Positions 29,253 to 39,395 are shown, counted from the first letter of the stretch. The stretch: 64,000 nt of DNA from Candidatus Latescibacterota bacterium (GCA_965204375.1 OZ241986.1:4096001-4160000), one strand, 5' to 3'. The notes: generated by a model from the letters alone, not told the origin. Numbers and translations are program-made.

Positions 29253-29837
29253 CTATATGTTTTCCACCACAGCCGCAACCCCGGCAACCACACCTGTCCG
29301 AATCGTCTCCAACGCCATACTCGGCTGCGACCTGCCCAGTTCTGTAACAAGCTCCGGCGTAGGCGGCACATGAATAAACCCCGCAGGCAAATCATCCTCA
29401 GCAACCAGATGCAACACAGAATACATAATATGATTGCACAAAAACGTACCCGCCGAATACGTCAACCGCGCCGGCACCCCGGCATCCGCCATCCGCTGAA
29501 TCATAGCTCGGGTCGGCAACGTGGAAAAATAGGCATTCGGACCCCCTTCAACAATAGGATAATCAACCCCATCTATCACCTTCAAATTAATCCCAACGCG
29601 CTCGACATGCAGCGCAGACGCAGAACCGTGCAACCCCAAACACACCACCGCCACCGGCTCGTGCGCTGCAATCAGCGGAGCAACCCGATCAATATCCGCC
29701 CCGTGAACAACCGGTAACACAGCAGAAACAACCTCGCATCCCGCAATCGAAGACCCATTTAGAGACTCCGCCACAGTACCCGATGGATTGGACGACCACT
29801 CCGCCCAGGGTTCAAAACCCGTCAGTAAAATCTTCAC
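29253..29837 (-). CDS. pcp: Pyroglutamyl-peptidase I
   Basis: ILLTGFEP..NPS, VER, SAGTFLCN (catalytic Cys), GFIHVP; GTG start overlaps the upstream stop. Confidence 0.9.
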   Translation of the reverse strand: MKILLTGFEPWAEWSSNPSGTVAESLNGSSIAGCEVVSAVLPVVHGADIDRVAPLIAAHEPVAVVCLGLHGSASALHVERVGINLKVIDGVDYPIVEGGPNAYFSTLPTRAMIQRMADAGVPARLTYSAGTFLCNHIMYSVLHLVAEDDLPAGFIHVPPTPELVTELGRSQPSMALETIRTGVVAGVAAVVENI

Positions 29838-31894
29838 GCGCCCTCCTCCGCTGTAATACAAGAAACCACACGCCCCCCCGTAATCTTGACACCCGCGCAC
29901 TGGACAGCTTCGATGGTAACATCCCCCTTATCCCAGACAACAGTACCCGTCCCCATCGCTTCGATATGGGCCTCACCTCCCGGCACCGTCAGCGTCAGCG
30001 GCTCTGGCTCCACCCCATAAAAAGCCGCCACATAGCGGTCGGTCTGAGAACATGCAAAAAGCCATGCGGGCTGTCTGCCGCAGATCAGCGTAGCATTCTC
30101 AACCGAAATCTCGCCCGCACTGCTTTGACGGGCGACCGGCGACTCGAGCGCGGGCCAGCCCAGAACACCCTTGTGAGTCCAGCGCTTCTGCAGAACCCAC
30201 GCCAGCAAATCGATCTCAATCCCGAGACGCTCCCCATCCCGGGTATATTCCACAGACCACGGCCGCGTCCTCCCCGCATCATAAGTCACAGGCGGCGCAG
30301 CATCATCCTTAAGAGCACCGCCAGCAACCACCCGCACAAAAGACTGCACATCGGGATAATCCGAACGCTCAACCATCTCCGCGAAAAAACCGCACCGGGG
30401 CTTACCCTGAAAAAAAGACCCGGGATGCCCCTGTTCCCAGAACGTCTTGGACGGACCGAGATAATTGTAGAGTTCGAGAAAAAGATGGGTATCGTATGCC
30501 ACCAGACGCAGAGGCGCATTGCGCCCCAGATCCGTACGCGCCAGCGGACGAATCGCGGAAAGAACGGGACCAATCGCAACACCAACCGTAGCACCTTCCG
30601 GAACATCGAACGGAAGGGACTCTACCTTCTCATCACCAACCCAAATCTCATCCACCAAACTGCGATCGTGCCAGCACACAACGGCTTTGGCACTGCTCCG
30701 CGGCGCCATTGCGCCCAGATCTTTCGGCGAATAGAGCACAATCGCCTGGGAACCATCCTGAACATTGTGACACTGCCCCTCCTCAAAAAGAATCTGATCA
30801 TTAGATCGCGCAGGCGTTGACCGAAACGAACCGAGCCAGTGGTCATCCAGCACATACCGGGAATAAAGAACACCCGGTTGACCCGTATCCGTCTTGTGAT
30901 GCGCGATAAAAACACTCGACTGCCCGGTAATAAAGCGATTCGTCTGACTGCGAAGCTCCTGAGACGAAACCCCCAGCGCAAACGAAGGACTGTGATACGT
31001 AGAGATCCCCACGCCATTCTGCGAATCCGCAGTCTCCGAAAGAAAAAACGTCTCCGGCCGGTAATCGAGTGCATCGGACAACCAGGCGGGCAAAAGACCC
31101 GTCTCAATATACGCACGAAAATCATCGATCTCCGGCGGCGACTGACAAAAAAGCGCGTGCCGGTACGCCCGGCTAAAAGGACCTGCCCAGCGACCCGTAG
31201 GCGGATGAATATGCAGCGCAGCGGAAAGGCCTATACGCGCGCACATCACCCTGGCACCAATGCGCGTGGGCTTGTGCTGGACAAGCTCACCCAGCCTGTG
31301 CAACACGCGCATCGCCACATTCGCGTAATTCGGACTATTAAACTCGTACGCACAGCCATTTCGAGTCGTAAAATCCATCCACGCCTGAAACTTCTGATAC
31401 CCCCGGCTCTTGAACCCTTCATCCTCAAGCAACTCTCCACCCAAACACGTATTGGTAATATCCTTAACCACAATATTCGTATAGCGAAAATGAACATCAA
31501 TCCGGCGAACCTCCTCCAGCCCCAGGCGAATACTCTGGCGAACGCGGTCTTGCAAACCCGCAGAAAGCGCATCCCCATAGTTAATCATCAACGGAATAAG
31601 CTGAAAAAGACAAAACTGCACCGCATTCAAATCTTCCACCACCTCGTCCTCGCGCTCCCAGAGAAAATTTCCCAAATGGGGATCGCCCTCGCGGGTCTCC
31701 TGGCATGCCAGCATCGCATCGAGAACCTTCTCAGCCAAATCGACATCCTCGCGCGCACCATTCGCCAGAAGATCGTTGGCAAACTCAGCCGCCAGACGCG
31801 GCGCGTGATACGTCTTGCCCTCCTCTTGTCGAGCCAGCATAAAAGTATCGGGATTAAAATTCGGGGGAAGTGGTAGGGGTTGAGCTTTAGACAT
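29834..31894 (-). CDS. Hypothetical protein, possible alpha/alpha-toroid plus beta-sandwich (lyase/heparinase-like)
   Basis: Long ORF with YTNI..., EFNSPNY and WAGPFSRAY motifs; function unassigned. Confidence 0.7.
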   Translation of the reverse strand: MSKAQPLPLPPNFNPDTFMLARQEEGKTYHAPRLAAEFANDLLANGAREDVDLAEKVLDAMLACQETREGDPHLGNFLWEREDEVVEDLNAVQFCLFQLIPLMINYGDALSAGLQDRVRQSIRLGLEEVRRIDVHFRYTNIVVKDITNTCLGGELLEDEGFKSRGYQKFQAWMDFTTRNGCAYEFNSPNYANVAMRVLHRLGELVQHKPTRIGARVMCARIGLSAALHIHPPTGRWAGPFSRAYRHALFCQSPPEIDDFRAYIETGLLPAWLSDALDYRPETFFLSETADSQNGVGISTYHSPSFALGVSSQELRSQTNRFITGQSSVFIAHHKTDTGQPGVLYSRYVLDDHWLGSFRSTPARSNDQILFEEGQCHNVQDGSQAIVLYSPKDLGAMAPRSSAKAVVCWHDRSLVDEIWVGDEKVESLPFDVPEGATVGVAIGPVLSAIRPLARTDLGRNAPLRLVAYDTHLFLELYNYLGPSKTFWEQGHPGSFFQGKPRCGFFAEMVERSDYPDVQSFVRVVAGGALKDDAAPPVTYDAGRTRPWSVEYTRDGERLGIEIDLLAWVLQKRWTHKGVLGWPALESPVARQSSAGEISVENATLICGRQPAWLFACSQTDRYVAAFYGVEPEPLTLTVPGGEAHIEAMGTGTVVWDKGDVTIEAVQCAGVKITGGRVVSCITAEEGA

Positions 31895-31951
31895 AATGCA
31901 CTCCGATAGTATTGACACTTCATTGAAAGATGTGTAAAATGCGGTCAGAAA

Positions 31952-32060
31952 AAGTTAGAAGTTAGAAGTTAGAAGTTAGAAGTTAGAAGTTAGAAGTTAG
32001 AAGTTAGAAGTTAGAAGTTAGAAGTTAGAAGTTAGAAGTTAGAAGTTAGAAGTTAGAAGT
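31952..32060. repeat. (AAGTTAG)15 tandem repeat
   Basis: 15 perfect units plus AAGT. Confidence 0.97.
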
Positions 32061-32100
32061 CCACCCAACACCGCCCTAAAGCTGGTGCCTCATCCCATTT

Positions 32101-32170
32101 CACACTTCCTACTTCCTACTTCACACTTCACACTTCACACTTCACACTTCACACTTCCTACTTCACACTT
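32101..32170. repeat. Mixed (CACACTT/CCTACTT)10 array
   Basis: 10 heptamers ending just before the AGGAG RBS. Confidence 0.95.
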
Positions 32171-32184
32171 CACAGGAGCCTCTC

Positions 32185-33027
32185 ATGGCAACCGCCGAAA
32201 CACCCATCGCGATACATGAACCATCCCTCTACGACACAACCAGACGGGCCGACTATCTCGACACCCTCGCCGACATCGACGACCGTCAAATCGCCCGATT
32301 CCACGAACAGGGATACCTCGCCATACGGCGGGCATTTACGCCACAACAAATCGAATCCGCGGGCCAGGCCATGTGGGACCTCATCGACGGCAAAAGCCAG
32401 GACTTCAAAGGCGTAATGGCCGAAGCCGCCAAACGCGGACAATTTTCCGAACTCATAGGCGAAGCCAAACGCGACAGCGTGCGCAAAATCTGGAAATTCG
32501 TCGATTATGACACCCGGCTCAACGACCTCGCCCATGACCCAAATATCCTCTCCGTCCTCTCCCGCATGATGGACGACACACCCGTACTCTTTCAGGACAT
32601 GGGACTGATCAAACCTCCGCACATCGGCCGCGAAAAACCCTGGCATCAGGACTGCGCGTACTTCAACTACCCCGTCGGCACCACCGTCGTCGGCGTATGG
32701 ATCGCCATTGACGCCGCAACAGAAGAAAACGGATGCTTGCACATCATCCCCGGTTCCCATCGCGAAGGACCCATCCCGCATTTCAGGCGACGCGACTGGC
32801 AAATATGCGACACAGACGTCGCCGTACCCAGAAACGTCACCGTCCCCCTCGACCCCGGCGGCTGCCTCTTCTGGCACGGCATGACCCACCACGGCAGCCC
32901 AACCAACCGATCATCCCACCGCCGCAGGGCACTGCAATACCACTACCGCCCCGAAAGCACTGAAGAAATGACCACAAAAGAACGCCTCGCCATCTACGGC
33001 GGCGACGAACTCGGGGTAACGTGCTGA
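32185..33027 (+). CDS. PhyH-family Fe(II)/2OG dioxygenase (canonical HXD)
   Basis: PWHQD, VWIAID.AT.ENGCL.IIPGSH, HGS.TNRS..RR. Confidence 0.92.
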   Translation: MATAETPIAIHEPSLYDTTRRADYLDTLADIDDRQIARFHEQGYLAIRRAFTPQQIESAGQAMWDLIDGKSQDFKGVMAEAAKRGQFSELIGEAKRDSVRKIWKFVDYDTRLNDLAHDPNILSVLSRMMDDTPVLFQDMGLIKPPHIGREKPWHQDCAYFNYPVGTTVVGVWIAIDAATEENGCLHIIPGSHREGPIPHFRRRDWQICDTDVAVPRNVTVPLDPGGCLFWHGMTHHGSPTNRSSHRRRALQYHYRPESTEEMTTKERLAIYGGDELGVTC

Positions 33028-33121
33028 ACCAACTTTAGATATTGTTAAGATCAGTATTTTGGGTATATTTGATTGTCCTCACCCTTCTCCTTGCGTATAA
33101 GACAATAAGAGGATAACGCCC

Positions 33122-33931
33122 ATGCCAAATGCTACGTACTCTATTACGCTTAGAAATGCGACGCCAGAGACTACCCCTTTGGGCGAATTGGCAAAATTGA
33201 TTGAAAAATTAGATGTTGCCATCATTGAAACAGCTCGTGACCGCAACATAGAGTTGCCCGAAGATGAAGCTGCTGTTTCATTGGTAAACATTGAAGAGGG
33301 TAGCAATCGCCTCGTTTTTACTCTGGCACCTTTCATGTGTCCAGTTCTCGCTGAATTAACCCATTCGATTGAAGAAGGAGATTTTGTCGCACTCCCCGCA
33401 AAAGCACATAATGCACTGTATGATATATCTCGTCAGGCAAAAAAACAACACTGGGACGTTTTGTTTCCAGAGCAACAGGGCCACAAGAACCAGGACCAGA
33501 TGTATCATATTCAGAAAACCGAAATATCGACACAACGACCAATAACGCCTCCAAAACCTCAATTCATTAAAGGCACAACCACGATTTTTGGTATGTGTGT
33601 GAGAGTTGGAGGAAAAACACCTAAGGTGGATCTATCATTGGCCAATCGCGATCGGTTGCTCCACTGTGAAACGACCAGAGAGATTGCAGTTCGTTTGTCG
33701 CGCAGCCTCTATAAAAATGTCGCTTTATTCGGACAAGCTTTGTGGCATCCCGACACCTGGGAATTGGTCGAGTTCAAAGCTACAAAGATCGCCAATCAGG
33801 TATATGATGATTCACCTGTAAACGCTCTTGAAGAAGTTTCTAAAGTCGTTGGCGATCAGTGGAAAGATGTTGATGTCGTGGAATTTGTCAATAATGTTCG
33901 TTCGGGTGATACGGGTCGGGATGGTGCTTAG
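33122..33931 (+). CDS. Hypothetical protein paired with the PIN gene
   Basis: 269 aa ORF, GAGGA RBS, AT-richer codon usage. Confidence 0.75.
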   Translation: MPNATYSITLRNATPETTPLGELAKLIEKLDVAIIETARDRNIELPEDEAAVSLVNIEEGSNRLVFTLAPFMCPVLAELTHSIEEGDFVALPAKAHNALYDISRQAKKQHWDVLFPEQQGHKNQDQMYHIQKTEISTQRPITPPKPQFIKGTTTIFGMCVRVGGKTPKVDLSLANRDRLLHCETTREIAVRLSRSLYKNVALFGQALWHPDTWELVEFKATKIANQVYDDSPVNALEEVSKVVGDQWKDVDVVEFVNNVRSGDTGRDGA

Positions 33932-33934
33932 ATT

Positions 33935-34412
33935 ATGGTTTGTCTTGACACACGTTATTATTTGGGGCATTAAAGAGGAGGCAGCACCGGGTCAAGAAAA
34001 TATGGTGCAACGTGCCAAAAGTTACATCAAACATCAGGTTAGTCAGGGGGTCGATTTAATGCTCCCTGCACCCGTTGTAGCCGAAGCACTGATACGTGGT
34101 GAAGTGGATCACTTGCGAACCATCCGAACCATTATTGAGAAATCTTTTTTTATTGCTGCTTTTGATTCTCCCGCTGCTTTTTTGGCTGCAGAATTAGAAC
34201 GAAGCCGGGGAGTCGTTGAATTACTCGAAGAGGGACAAGTTCCACGTAGCCATATAAGAATTGACACCCAAATTGCTGCAATAGCGATCACCCAGAACGC
34301 GGATATGATCATATCTCATGACCCACATATGCGTACGGTCGCACAGGATCGCATTCAAGTGGTTGAAATACCAGATATTCCCGAGCAAGAAAATTTGCAA
34401 TTTGAGCAGTAG
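33935..34412 (+). pseudogene. PIN-domain nuclease, frameshifted after codon 6
   Basis: ATG GTT TGT CTT GAC ACA (MVCLDT) is out of frame with HVIIWG..PVVAE..D.QIAAIA..IISHD; restoring one AC unit in GACACAC repairs it. Confidence 0.7.
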
Positions 34413-34426
34413 TGCCCTCCTACCCT

Positions 34427-35767
34427 CTATCCTACAGCCCACCCCTCTGAAAGCATCTCTGCCTGTTTCAAAACCGTAAGCGTCGCGCCATCCGCTTTAT
34501 CCGGCGGATACCCGTGTTTGCGCAAAATCCGCTTAACCAACCGGCGCAAATTCGCGCGCACATTCTCTCGCAACGTCCAATCAATCGTCACATTTTCTCG
34601 CACAGTCCGCACCAATTCGCGTGCGATCGTGCGAAGCGTCTCATCGCCCAGAATTTGAACCGCACTATCATTGGTCTCAAGCGCGTCGTAAAAAGCCAAT
34701 TCCTCCTCGGTCATACCAAGGTCTTTACCCCGCGCCTGGGCCTCGCGCATCTCCTTCCCCAGCGCAATCAATTCCTCAATAATATACGCCGCCTCAATCG
34801 TACGATTCTGGTAGCGTAGAATGGTCTGCTCCAGCATATCGGCAAACGACCGCGCCTGCACCACATTCTTCCGCAAGCGACTGGAAATCTCGCCCTTGAG
34901 CAACTGCCGCGTCTCACCCACCGCCACCCGCACTGCGTGAAACTGGTGATAACCCGCCATCTTCTTCATCAACACACCACTACCATCATCCTCAAAAACA
35001 ACAAAATCGCGCACCAGAAAAAGAAAACGCCCGAAATCGCAGACGCCTTCGAGCATCACCTGCAATTCGGGCATATTGGAATCAGCCACATCCTTACCAG
35101 AAATCGTACGCCAGGGCTTAAACCACTCGCGCCCGGCAGTCAGCGTACCAACCCGTGCCTCCATCCCATCTGAAACCATCAAAGCCGCATTCATCGCAAA
35201 CAGAGACTGCAACTCCGCCTTATACGTCTGAAGTTGCTGCCACGCCGTCCATATCGTCGCATCCTCATCCACCGGATTCTTAAGCTCGATAATCCCCAGA
35301 GGCAAACCATTCACGAACAGCACAACATCTGGACGTCGGGTATTCTTATTCTCAGTAACAGTGAATTGATTGACCGCGAGCCAGTCATTATTGGAGGGAT
35401 CGTCAAAATCAATAACCTTCACCTGCGCCCCGCGCACACCCCCACCTACATCCCGGTACTCCACCGTAACACCATCCACCACCAAACGATGAAAAACGCG
35501 ATTGCGAAACGCCAGCGATGTACCTTCAAGCCGGGTCAGCTTGCGAAAAGCATCATCCAACGCGCCCGCGGGAAGATCAGAATTGAGCCGCACAAGCGCA
35601 TCCTGCAACCGCCCTGCCAGAACCACATCTCCATAATCCCTCCGCTCTGCACCCGGCGTATCAGGCGCTATATCGGGACCATGGGCAACGCCCCAGCCGA
35701 GACGCTCCAAATAGGCGAGCGCAGCGTCTTCTACGGTGGATTCATTCAAGCTACTCACGCCATTCAT
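34427..35767 (-). CDS. hsdR: Type I restriction subunit R with in-frame loss of the helicase/motor region
   Basis: HSDR_N ([26 protein letters not shown]) joined directly to a DUF3387-like C-terminus ([18 protein letters not shown]-like HGYPPD); only 446 aa. Confidence 0.85.
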   Translation of the reverse strand: MNGVSSLNESTVEDAALAYLERLGWGVAHGPDIAPDTPGAERRDYGDVVLAGRLQDALVRLNSDLPAGALDDAFRKLTRLEGTSLAFRNRVFHRLVVDGVTVEYRDVGGGVRGAQVKVIDFDDPSNNDWLAVNQFTVTENKNTRRPDVVLFVNGLPLGIIELKNPVDEDATIWTAWQQLQTYKAELQSLFAMNAALMVSDGMEARVGTLTAGREWFKPWRTISGKDVADSNMPELQVMLEGVCDFGRFLFLVRDFVVFEDDGSGVLMKKMAGYHQFHAVRVAVGETRQLLKGEISSRLRKNVVQARSFADMLEQTILRYQNRTIEAAYIIEELIALGKEMREAQARGKDLGMTEEELAFYDALETNDSAVQILGDETLRTIARELVRTVRENVTIDWTLRENVRANLRRLVKRILRKHGYPPDKADGATLTVLKQAEMLSEGWAVG

Positions 35768-36432
35768 GCCGGGACCACCATGTGAACCACACCCCGTTCG
35801 TCCGGATGTATTGATTCCGCAAACGAGCCACTCTGGGCAAAGAGACCATCAGTATATCGCTCATCCGCAGTGTTGTAGAAATTTCTAAGAATAAAATCAA
35901 TAAACCATAGAGGCGTCATTGGGGCTGTCACCGGGATTCGGCAGTCCTCATATTGACCGAGCGTCAAGTGAGATTTGGGATGTACCAACTTCTGGTGGAG
36001 ACTATCCCGGGCATTATAGTCAAAACGCACCGGGAATGGAACGATGTTTCTGGCGATCACATCGGCATAGATTTCATCATCTCGATAGACATCCGGGTTA
36101 TTCTGGTACTCTTCAAGATGGGGTGCAGGGAAAAATGCAAGGCGGTGACTTTGAAGCGTTCCATCAGCGAATGCATACATCATCTGAATCAACGCACCAT
36201 CAAGCATTTTCACATTGTAAGCATCTGATTCCACCAGACGCTTATAAATCTCATTATAGGGAAGATCCTTTAAAGCTATTGGAACATGTCCAGCGTTGTC
36301 AAAAGTGATCTCCACAACGTTACCACTCTCCTGTCGTTGGAATGCATAATATTGAATGTTCGAGAGACTAACTTTTACCAGGTATCCGATGAGTTTGTTG
36401 ATCTGCTCTTCAATCTCGTTGGGTGTGAGCAT
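35764..36432 (-). CDS. DUF2290 domain protein
   Basis: [51 protein letters not shown]. Confidence 0.8.
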   Translation of the reverse strand: MLTPNEIEEQINKLIGYLVKVSLSNIQYYAFQRQESGNVVEITFDNAGHVPIALKDLPYNEIYKRLVESDAYNVKMLDGALIQMMYAFADGTLQSHRLAFFPAPHLEEYQNNPDVYRDDEIYADVIARNIVPFPVRFDYNARDSLHQKLVHPKSHLTLGQYEDCRIPVTAPMTPLWFIDFILRNFYNTADERYTDGLFAQSGSFAESIHPDERGVVHMVVPA

Positions 36433-36437
36433 AGTTG

Positions 36438-38606
36438 TTATCTCTTCTGCATTAAAAATTCTCTAAGCCTATCAACTGCTGTCTCATCCAGATCTTCAAT
36501 ATGTATATTACCGGATTCAATGTCCTTGATCAGACCAAATAAACTCTTCTGGCGTTGTTCTAACCGCCTGCGCTCTGCCGTTGTCATGTCTCGATGAACG
36601 ACCCGCAACTGCTCGCGCTGCTTCTCAGTCGGATAGGTGAATTGCAGATCGAAATTTTGAGATTTCAATTTGTCATATTCTTTTATGATTTCTTTCATTC
36701 TGTTACCAACACCGAGTACGCGAATCCAGGCTTTACTTCTCGTGATGGCCGTGAAAAGTTGGTTGCGAATACTTGCCAAATTTCGTAATGACGAGTGACA
36801 ATCCTGAGCATTGATGATGTAAACCATTCCAGCCTCGTTGCCCTTGGCGCGATAAATCCCGGTAAAGGTCACTAAATCTTGGCCCGTTTGAAAAAAGGTG
36901 TCGGGAGTAGTGTCAACTCCGGCAAGATGAGAGTTGATGTTCATTTCGAATAAACGACTGCGTATAGGCGCAACGCTCGACCGCGTCGTGCGAGGATCGG
37001 GATTGATTACAATAATGTCTTCGGATCGCAGTTCATCTATCTTCAAATTTTTTTTAATCTCACTTGACAGCCAATCGGCTTGTTCCTCCTGGCTGTCGAA
37101 GGAAGTGAACTGTATCAAGTCGTCGATATGCGAATGGTCTTCGAGAAATTTTGGGCTTGTCTCTTCCGGCCTGTAGAGGGTTACGGAGGAGCCTTCTTCC
37201 AATTTCCCGTCTCGTCTCTGATAACCAATCTCCTCCCACAACTCCGGATGGTCGAACATCTGGATAAGTCCCGTTCCACCTGGCGGAAGTGCATCTCGAT
37301 ATATCCCAAACCCGAGCGCGTGAGCTGTTACGAGAACGGGACGCGAATTGCGGTAGCATTTCTTTAGAATGATATCGCGTTGCGCCTCATTACCGCTTAC
37401 ATCGTCAAACCGCACTTTGGGAGACCCATCAACCTTCTTCCCAAAAATCTCCTCCGGTGAAGGTAGGGAATCTCCAGAGAGGTTTTGCAACTCATCGTAG
37501 GCGTAAACCAGTCTTTTGGAGTCTTTCCCCCTTAATAATTCATAACAAAGCCGGAGAAAAGCCGGAGAAAAATCCTGTGCCTCATCTACCAGAATTACAT
37601 CGTAGAGTTGTATGTTTTCACGAGCCTGACCAAGCGCGTGTTCGCACGCTCCGGTAAATGCATTTTCCCGACCGAATTTGTCACTCGCCATCCCGAAATC
37701 GAAATATGTAATATCGTGGATACGACAATATTGATAATAGATGCCATCACGATCACGGCTACCTGGAGCCCCCCAGGCGTGTATAATCTGCAGATAGTCC
37801 CAGTCCGGCTCCTCACCTGTCTTTTCGAGGGTAAATCTTTCGATCAAACGACGGAAATGCCCCTTGAGCGAACGTGTATTAAAGGTAACACCAATACGCC
37901 AATCGGGATGTTGGGCGTGCAGATAAGCCGCCTTCAGTGCCAGAACAATCGTCTTACCCGAGCCAGCCAACCCGCGAATGCGTTGCACCCCTTCGACGGT
38001 TTCGATAACAGCTCTACGCTGATCATTGTCCAGTGTAGCGATTGAGTCTTCTAAATTTTGCAGCTTATTACCTCGAGAGTTTTTTTTCTTAATTGTTCTT
38101 CTCACCCCACTCTGGCGAATCGTAGAAATGCTCTCAATCGCCGATAGAGCTTTTTCATATACCTTCTTATTAGGCTCTTCCCACGTAAGATTTTGCAGTT
38201 TTGGCATTAGTGACGAGGCATTCACAATCGAATAAACCTCTTGATCTTCTGAGTTTAGATTAAGGATTCCCGGCGCAAACGAAATCGTATGAATATCGAT
38301 CAAGAGTTTTCTGCGATCCATCAATTCACGATGAGTCTTGAGCCGGGCTTCGAGAATATTGGCCGAGTCATCTTGTCGTGACCTATAGTCGCCAGTATTG
38401 GATCCTTCGATCAGATCGAATAAGATGATTCCCTTATCTGCGGATATTAGGAGAGCGTCAATCAGATGTGGGCCGCCGGGTGTAGCCATGACTGGAAATC
38501 CAATAAGTAATTGACCGGAAAAACCGGTCTCACGAGACATGAGTTTAGTCAAGCTGTCACTGGATACAGGTTTATCATTGGTGCCTCGAACGATATCAAT
38601 GCTCAT
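36438..38606 (-). CDS. SF1 (UvrD-like) helicase with N-terminal nuclease-like domain
   Basis: RGLAGSGKT, VDEAQD, YDELQ, YRN, YRAKGNE, LFTAITRSK. Confidence 0.88.
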   Translation of the reverse strand: MSIDIVRGTNDKPVSSDSLTKLMSRETGFSGQLLIGFPVMATPGGPHLIDALLISADKGIILFDLIEGSNTGDYRSRQDDSANILEARLKTHRELMDRRKLLIDIHTISFAPGILNLNSEDQEVYSIVNASSLMPKLQNLTWEEPNKKVYEKALSAIESISTIRQSGVRRTIKKKNSRGNKLQNLEDSIATLDNDQRRAVIETVEGVQRIRGLAGSGKTIVLALKAAYLHAQHPDWRIGVTFNTRSLKGHFRRLIERFTLEKTGEEPDWDYLQIIHAWGAPGSRDRDGIYYQYCRIHDITYFDFGMASDKFGRENAFTGACEHALGQARENIQLYDVILVDEAQDFSPAFLRLCYELLRGKDSKRLVYAYDELQNLSGDSLPSPEEIFGKKVDGSPKVRFDDVSGNEAQRDIILKKCYRNSRPVLVTAHALGFGIYRDALPPGGTGLIQMFDHPELWEEIGYQRRDGKLEEGSSVTLYRPEETSPKFLEDHSHIDDLIQFTSFDSQEEQADWLSSEIKKNLKIDELRSEDIIVINPDPRTTRSSVAPIRSRLFEMNINSHLAGVDTTPDTFFQTGQDLVTFTGIYRAKGNEAGMVYIINAQDCHSSLRNLASIRNQLFTAITRSKAWIRVLGVGNRMKEIIKEYDKLKSQNFDLQFTYPTEKQREQLRVVHRDMTTAERRRLEQRQKSLFGLIKDIESGNIHIEDLDETAVDRLREFLMQKR

Positions 38607-38887
38607 GATTAATTCTCCGTAATTTTAATTTTTTGTTTTATAACGTATGAATATGATTTTTTTTATTTAATCCGGAGCGAACTACAGTCCGCAATATACA
38701 ATAATAGACGATATTGACCCTTCGTGCAAGGCCGGTATTACTATAGACACTCACGGTGGAACGACCAGTCTAAACTGTGGATAAATCACTGACATTACGC
38801 AAGAACCACCGAGGCAGTCACACCGGCAAGCGGTACATATCTTTCACATAACCGCCCACTCATCGCTCAAAATGTACCCTTTCGCCT

Positions 38888-38920
38888 TTCATCTGTGCCC
38901 ATCTGCGTCCATCTGCGGAT
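38888..38920. repeat. Decamer repeat (CCATCTGCG-type)
   Basis: TTCATCTGTGCCCATCTGCGTCCATCTGCGGAT. Confidence 0.75.
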
Positions 38921-39024
38921 TTAAATTCAGGTTGTAAACAAGTGTATAATACAGCATATTTAAAGCACAATGCGGTGTTTAGACGTCTGCCAACGCAAAA
39001 TATCGCTCAATTTTTGGAGGCATC

Positions 39025-39378
39025 ATGGACATCTTGCGCGAATCATCACTTTTTCAATCCCTTACTCAACAAAGCAGAGAGGAAGCCAGAGAGAAGGGCC
39101 TTGAGGAGGGTCTTGAGCAGGGTCTTGAGCAGGGTCTTGAGCAGGGTCTTGAGCAGGGCCTTGAGCAGGGCCTTGAGCAGGGCCTTGAGCAGGGGGTCAG
39201 GCAACGTGCCATCGAAGATATCCTCGAAGTGTTGGAGATTCGATTTGACTTGAGCGAAGCGCACCCCCTATCCACACGTATTACCGCCATTGACGATTTG
39301 CAACACCTCAAGCAGTTGCACCGTGCGGCAATACAGGTACCCAATATCGAGGCATTTCAGCGCGTGTTAGATGCGTGA
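39025..39378 (+). CDS. Stand-alone Rpn/DUF4351-like C-terminal protein with (GLEQ)n repeat
   Basis: GGAGG RBS; MDILRESS..; eight 12-bp units at 39097-39192; ILEVLEIRF..I.DLQ.LKQLHRAA. Confidence 0.7.
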   Translation: MDILRESSLFQSLTQQSREEAREKGLEEGLEQGLEQGLEQGLEQGLEQGLEQGLEQGVRQRAIEDILEVLEIRFDLSEAHPLSTRITAIDDLQHLKQLHRAAIQVPNIEAFQRVLDA

Positions 39379-39395
39379 CGTGATTGCCCAATGGA

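Noticed and set aside
29076-29717. ORFs with LLHTSYFTLPTSHF repeats (also 368-921)
   Set aside because: Translations of heptamer arrays running antisense into real genes.
29783-31876. Long plus-strand ORFs of 345 aa (similarly 2821-3762, 52325-53239, 61542-62567)
   Set aside because: Antisense shadows of well-supported minus-strand genes, with no motifs.
31952-32170. CRISPR array or telomere-like repeat
   Set aside because: Contiguous 7-mers with no unique spacers, no cas genes, and internal to the contig.
39046-39344. (SRPC)n and (KALL)n repeat ORFs
   Set aside because: Alternative frames of the 12-bp GLEQ repeat; only 39025-39378 has an RBS and family resemblance.
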